Part shown: one piece after another, positions 63,306 through 64,000 of the stretch | Numbering within the stretch: position 1 is the first letter of the stretch | Layout: the number at the start of each line of letters is the position of its first letter | Source of the DNA: Kofleriaceae bacterium | GTDB lineage: Bacteria; Myxococcota_A; Polyangia; Haliangiales; Haliangiaceae | Assembly: GCA_046597055.1 (NCBI GenBank) | Contig: JBKJLC010000237.1 | Location: forward strand, 32,001-96,000 | Length of the DNA: 64,000 nt | Direction of reading: 5' to 3' | Program-made: the position numbers and the translations under genes | Notes under the pieces: model-generated | Database searches by the model: none | Told to the model about the DNA's origin: nothing | Seen by the model: the letters and a program-made list of their open reading frames with translations, nothing else

Positions 63306-64000
63306 TCACTCGGCGAGGTCGCCGGGCGCGAGCACGGCCGGCACCGGCGCCGGCGCTTCGTTGATCACCCGCAGCGCCTCGACGAACCGGCTGTCGGGCA
63401 CGGTGACCCGGGTCGGCATGCCGCCCCCCAGCTCGAGCAGGCGCACGAAGTCCCAGCCCGAGCCGAACGCCGCGGCGATCGTGACCATGCCCGAGTCCTT
63501 CACCATCGACACCGGCGCGCGGGCCTGGCCCGCGAGCAAGAGGTCGGTCTTGTCGTAGGGCAAGCTGCTGCCGGCGGTGTCGACCCACGCGACCCGCCCG
63601 CGGATGACGTAGCGGGCGTCGAGCGCGGCGGTGCCAGCCGCGCGCACCTCGAACTCGCGCGCGGCCTCCTCGATCACGTCGGCGTGAGCCCCCGACTTCA
63701 TGCCGCCGGCCAGCCACCACACCACCGCCCGCTTGAGCTGGTCGTCGCGGAACTTGGCGCGCAGCGCGTGGTCGATCCGGATCGCGATCGGGCCCGGCTC
63801 GCCGATGCGGGTGTCGACCGCGCGCGCGTCGTCGTCGGCGCCGCGATACGGCTCGACCCCGGCCAGCACCCACTTGGCCGCCGAGTACAGCCCGTCGAGA
63901 TCGACGTGGCTGACGATCGTCTCGATCGGGCCGACCCGGCGCACCAGCTCGGGCGTCACCATCTCGGGACACGCGCCGTGCTGCGCCTTGGTCGCGAGCA
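63306..64000 (-). CDS. DHH-like phosphoesterase-fold protein, 3' part (5' end outside window)
   Basis: Frame open to the window edge (..LATKAQHGACPEM..); SHVDLDG DxDG motif. Confidence 0.6.
   Translation of the reverse strand, partial: LATKAQHGACPEMVTPELVRRVGPIETIVSHVDLDGLYSAAKWVLAGVEPYRGADDDARAVDTRIGEPGPIAIRIDHALRAKFRDDQLKRAVVWWLAGGMKSGAHADVIEEAAREFEVRAAGTAALDARYVIRGRVAWVDTAGSSLPYDKTDLLLAGQARAPVSMVKDSGMVTIAAAFGSGWDFVRLLELGGGMPTRVTVPDSRFVEALRVINEAPAPVPAVLAPGDLAE

Overview
Very GC-rich (about 73-75% by eye) chromosomal window from a myxobacterium-like organism (Myxococcota, probably Haliangiales/Kofleriaceae; inferred from gene content). It is mostly core genome: 5' end of efp, orn, glgC-glgA, the tilS-ftsH-folP-cdaA-cdaR-glmM-nnr block, rnc, mnmA, rlmD, tRNA-Leu(TAA), lipA and cysE. 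It also carries four Ser/Thr kinase-family genes, a PgpH-like HD protein, envelope-modification genes and an ECF sigma factor. No integrase, transposase, prophage cluster or CRISPR array was seen. Strongest candidate for an undescribed system: an operon at 1162-5158 encoding a triple Cys4-repeat protein, an apparently heterodimeric ThiF/E1 pair (catalytic subunit lacking the Arg-finger helix plus a degenerate partner that keeps it), a JAB peptidase, DsrE/DsrF-like proteins, TusA and an Fe-S-type LarE, with no ubiquitin-like carrier gene visible. Other notable items: a symmetric DnaA-box cluster at about 13.1-13.2 kb with no dnaA in the window, pervasive leaderless-type promoters, an orphan contractile-tail spike gene, a pseudokinase with a GltJ/AgmX-like module, and a 118-bp hairpin flanked by 7-bp direct repeats upstream of cdaA. 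All family calls come from motif recognition by eye; no searches were run.
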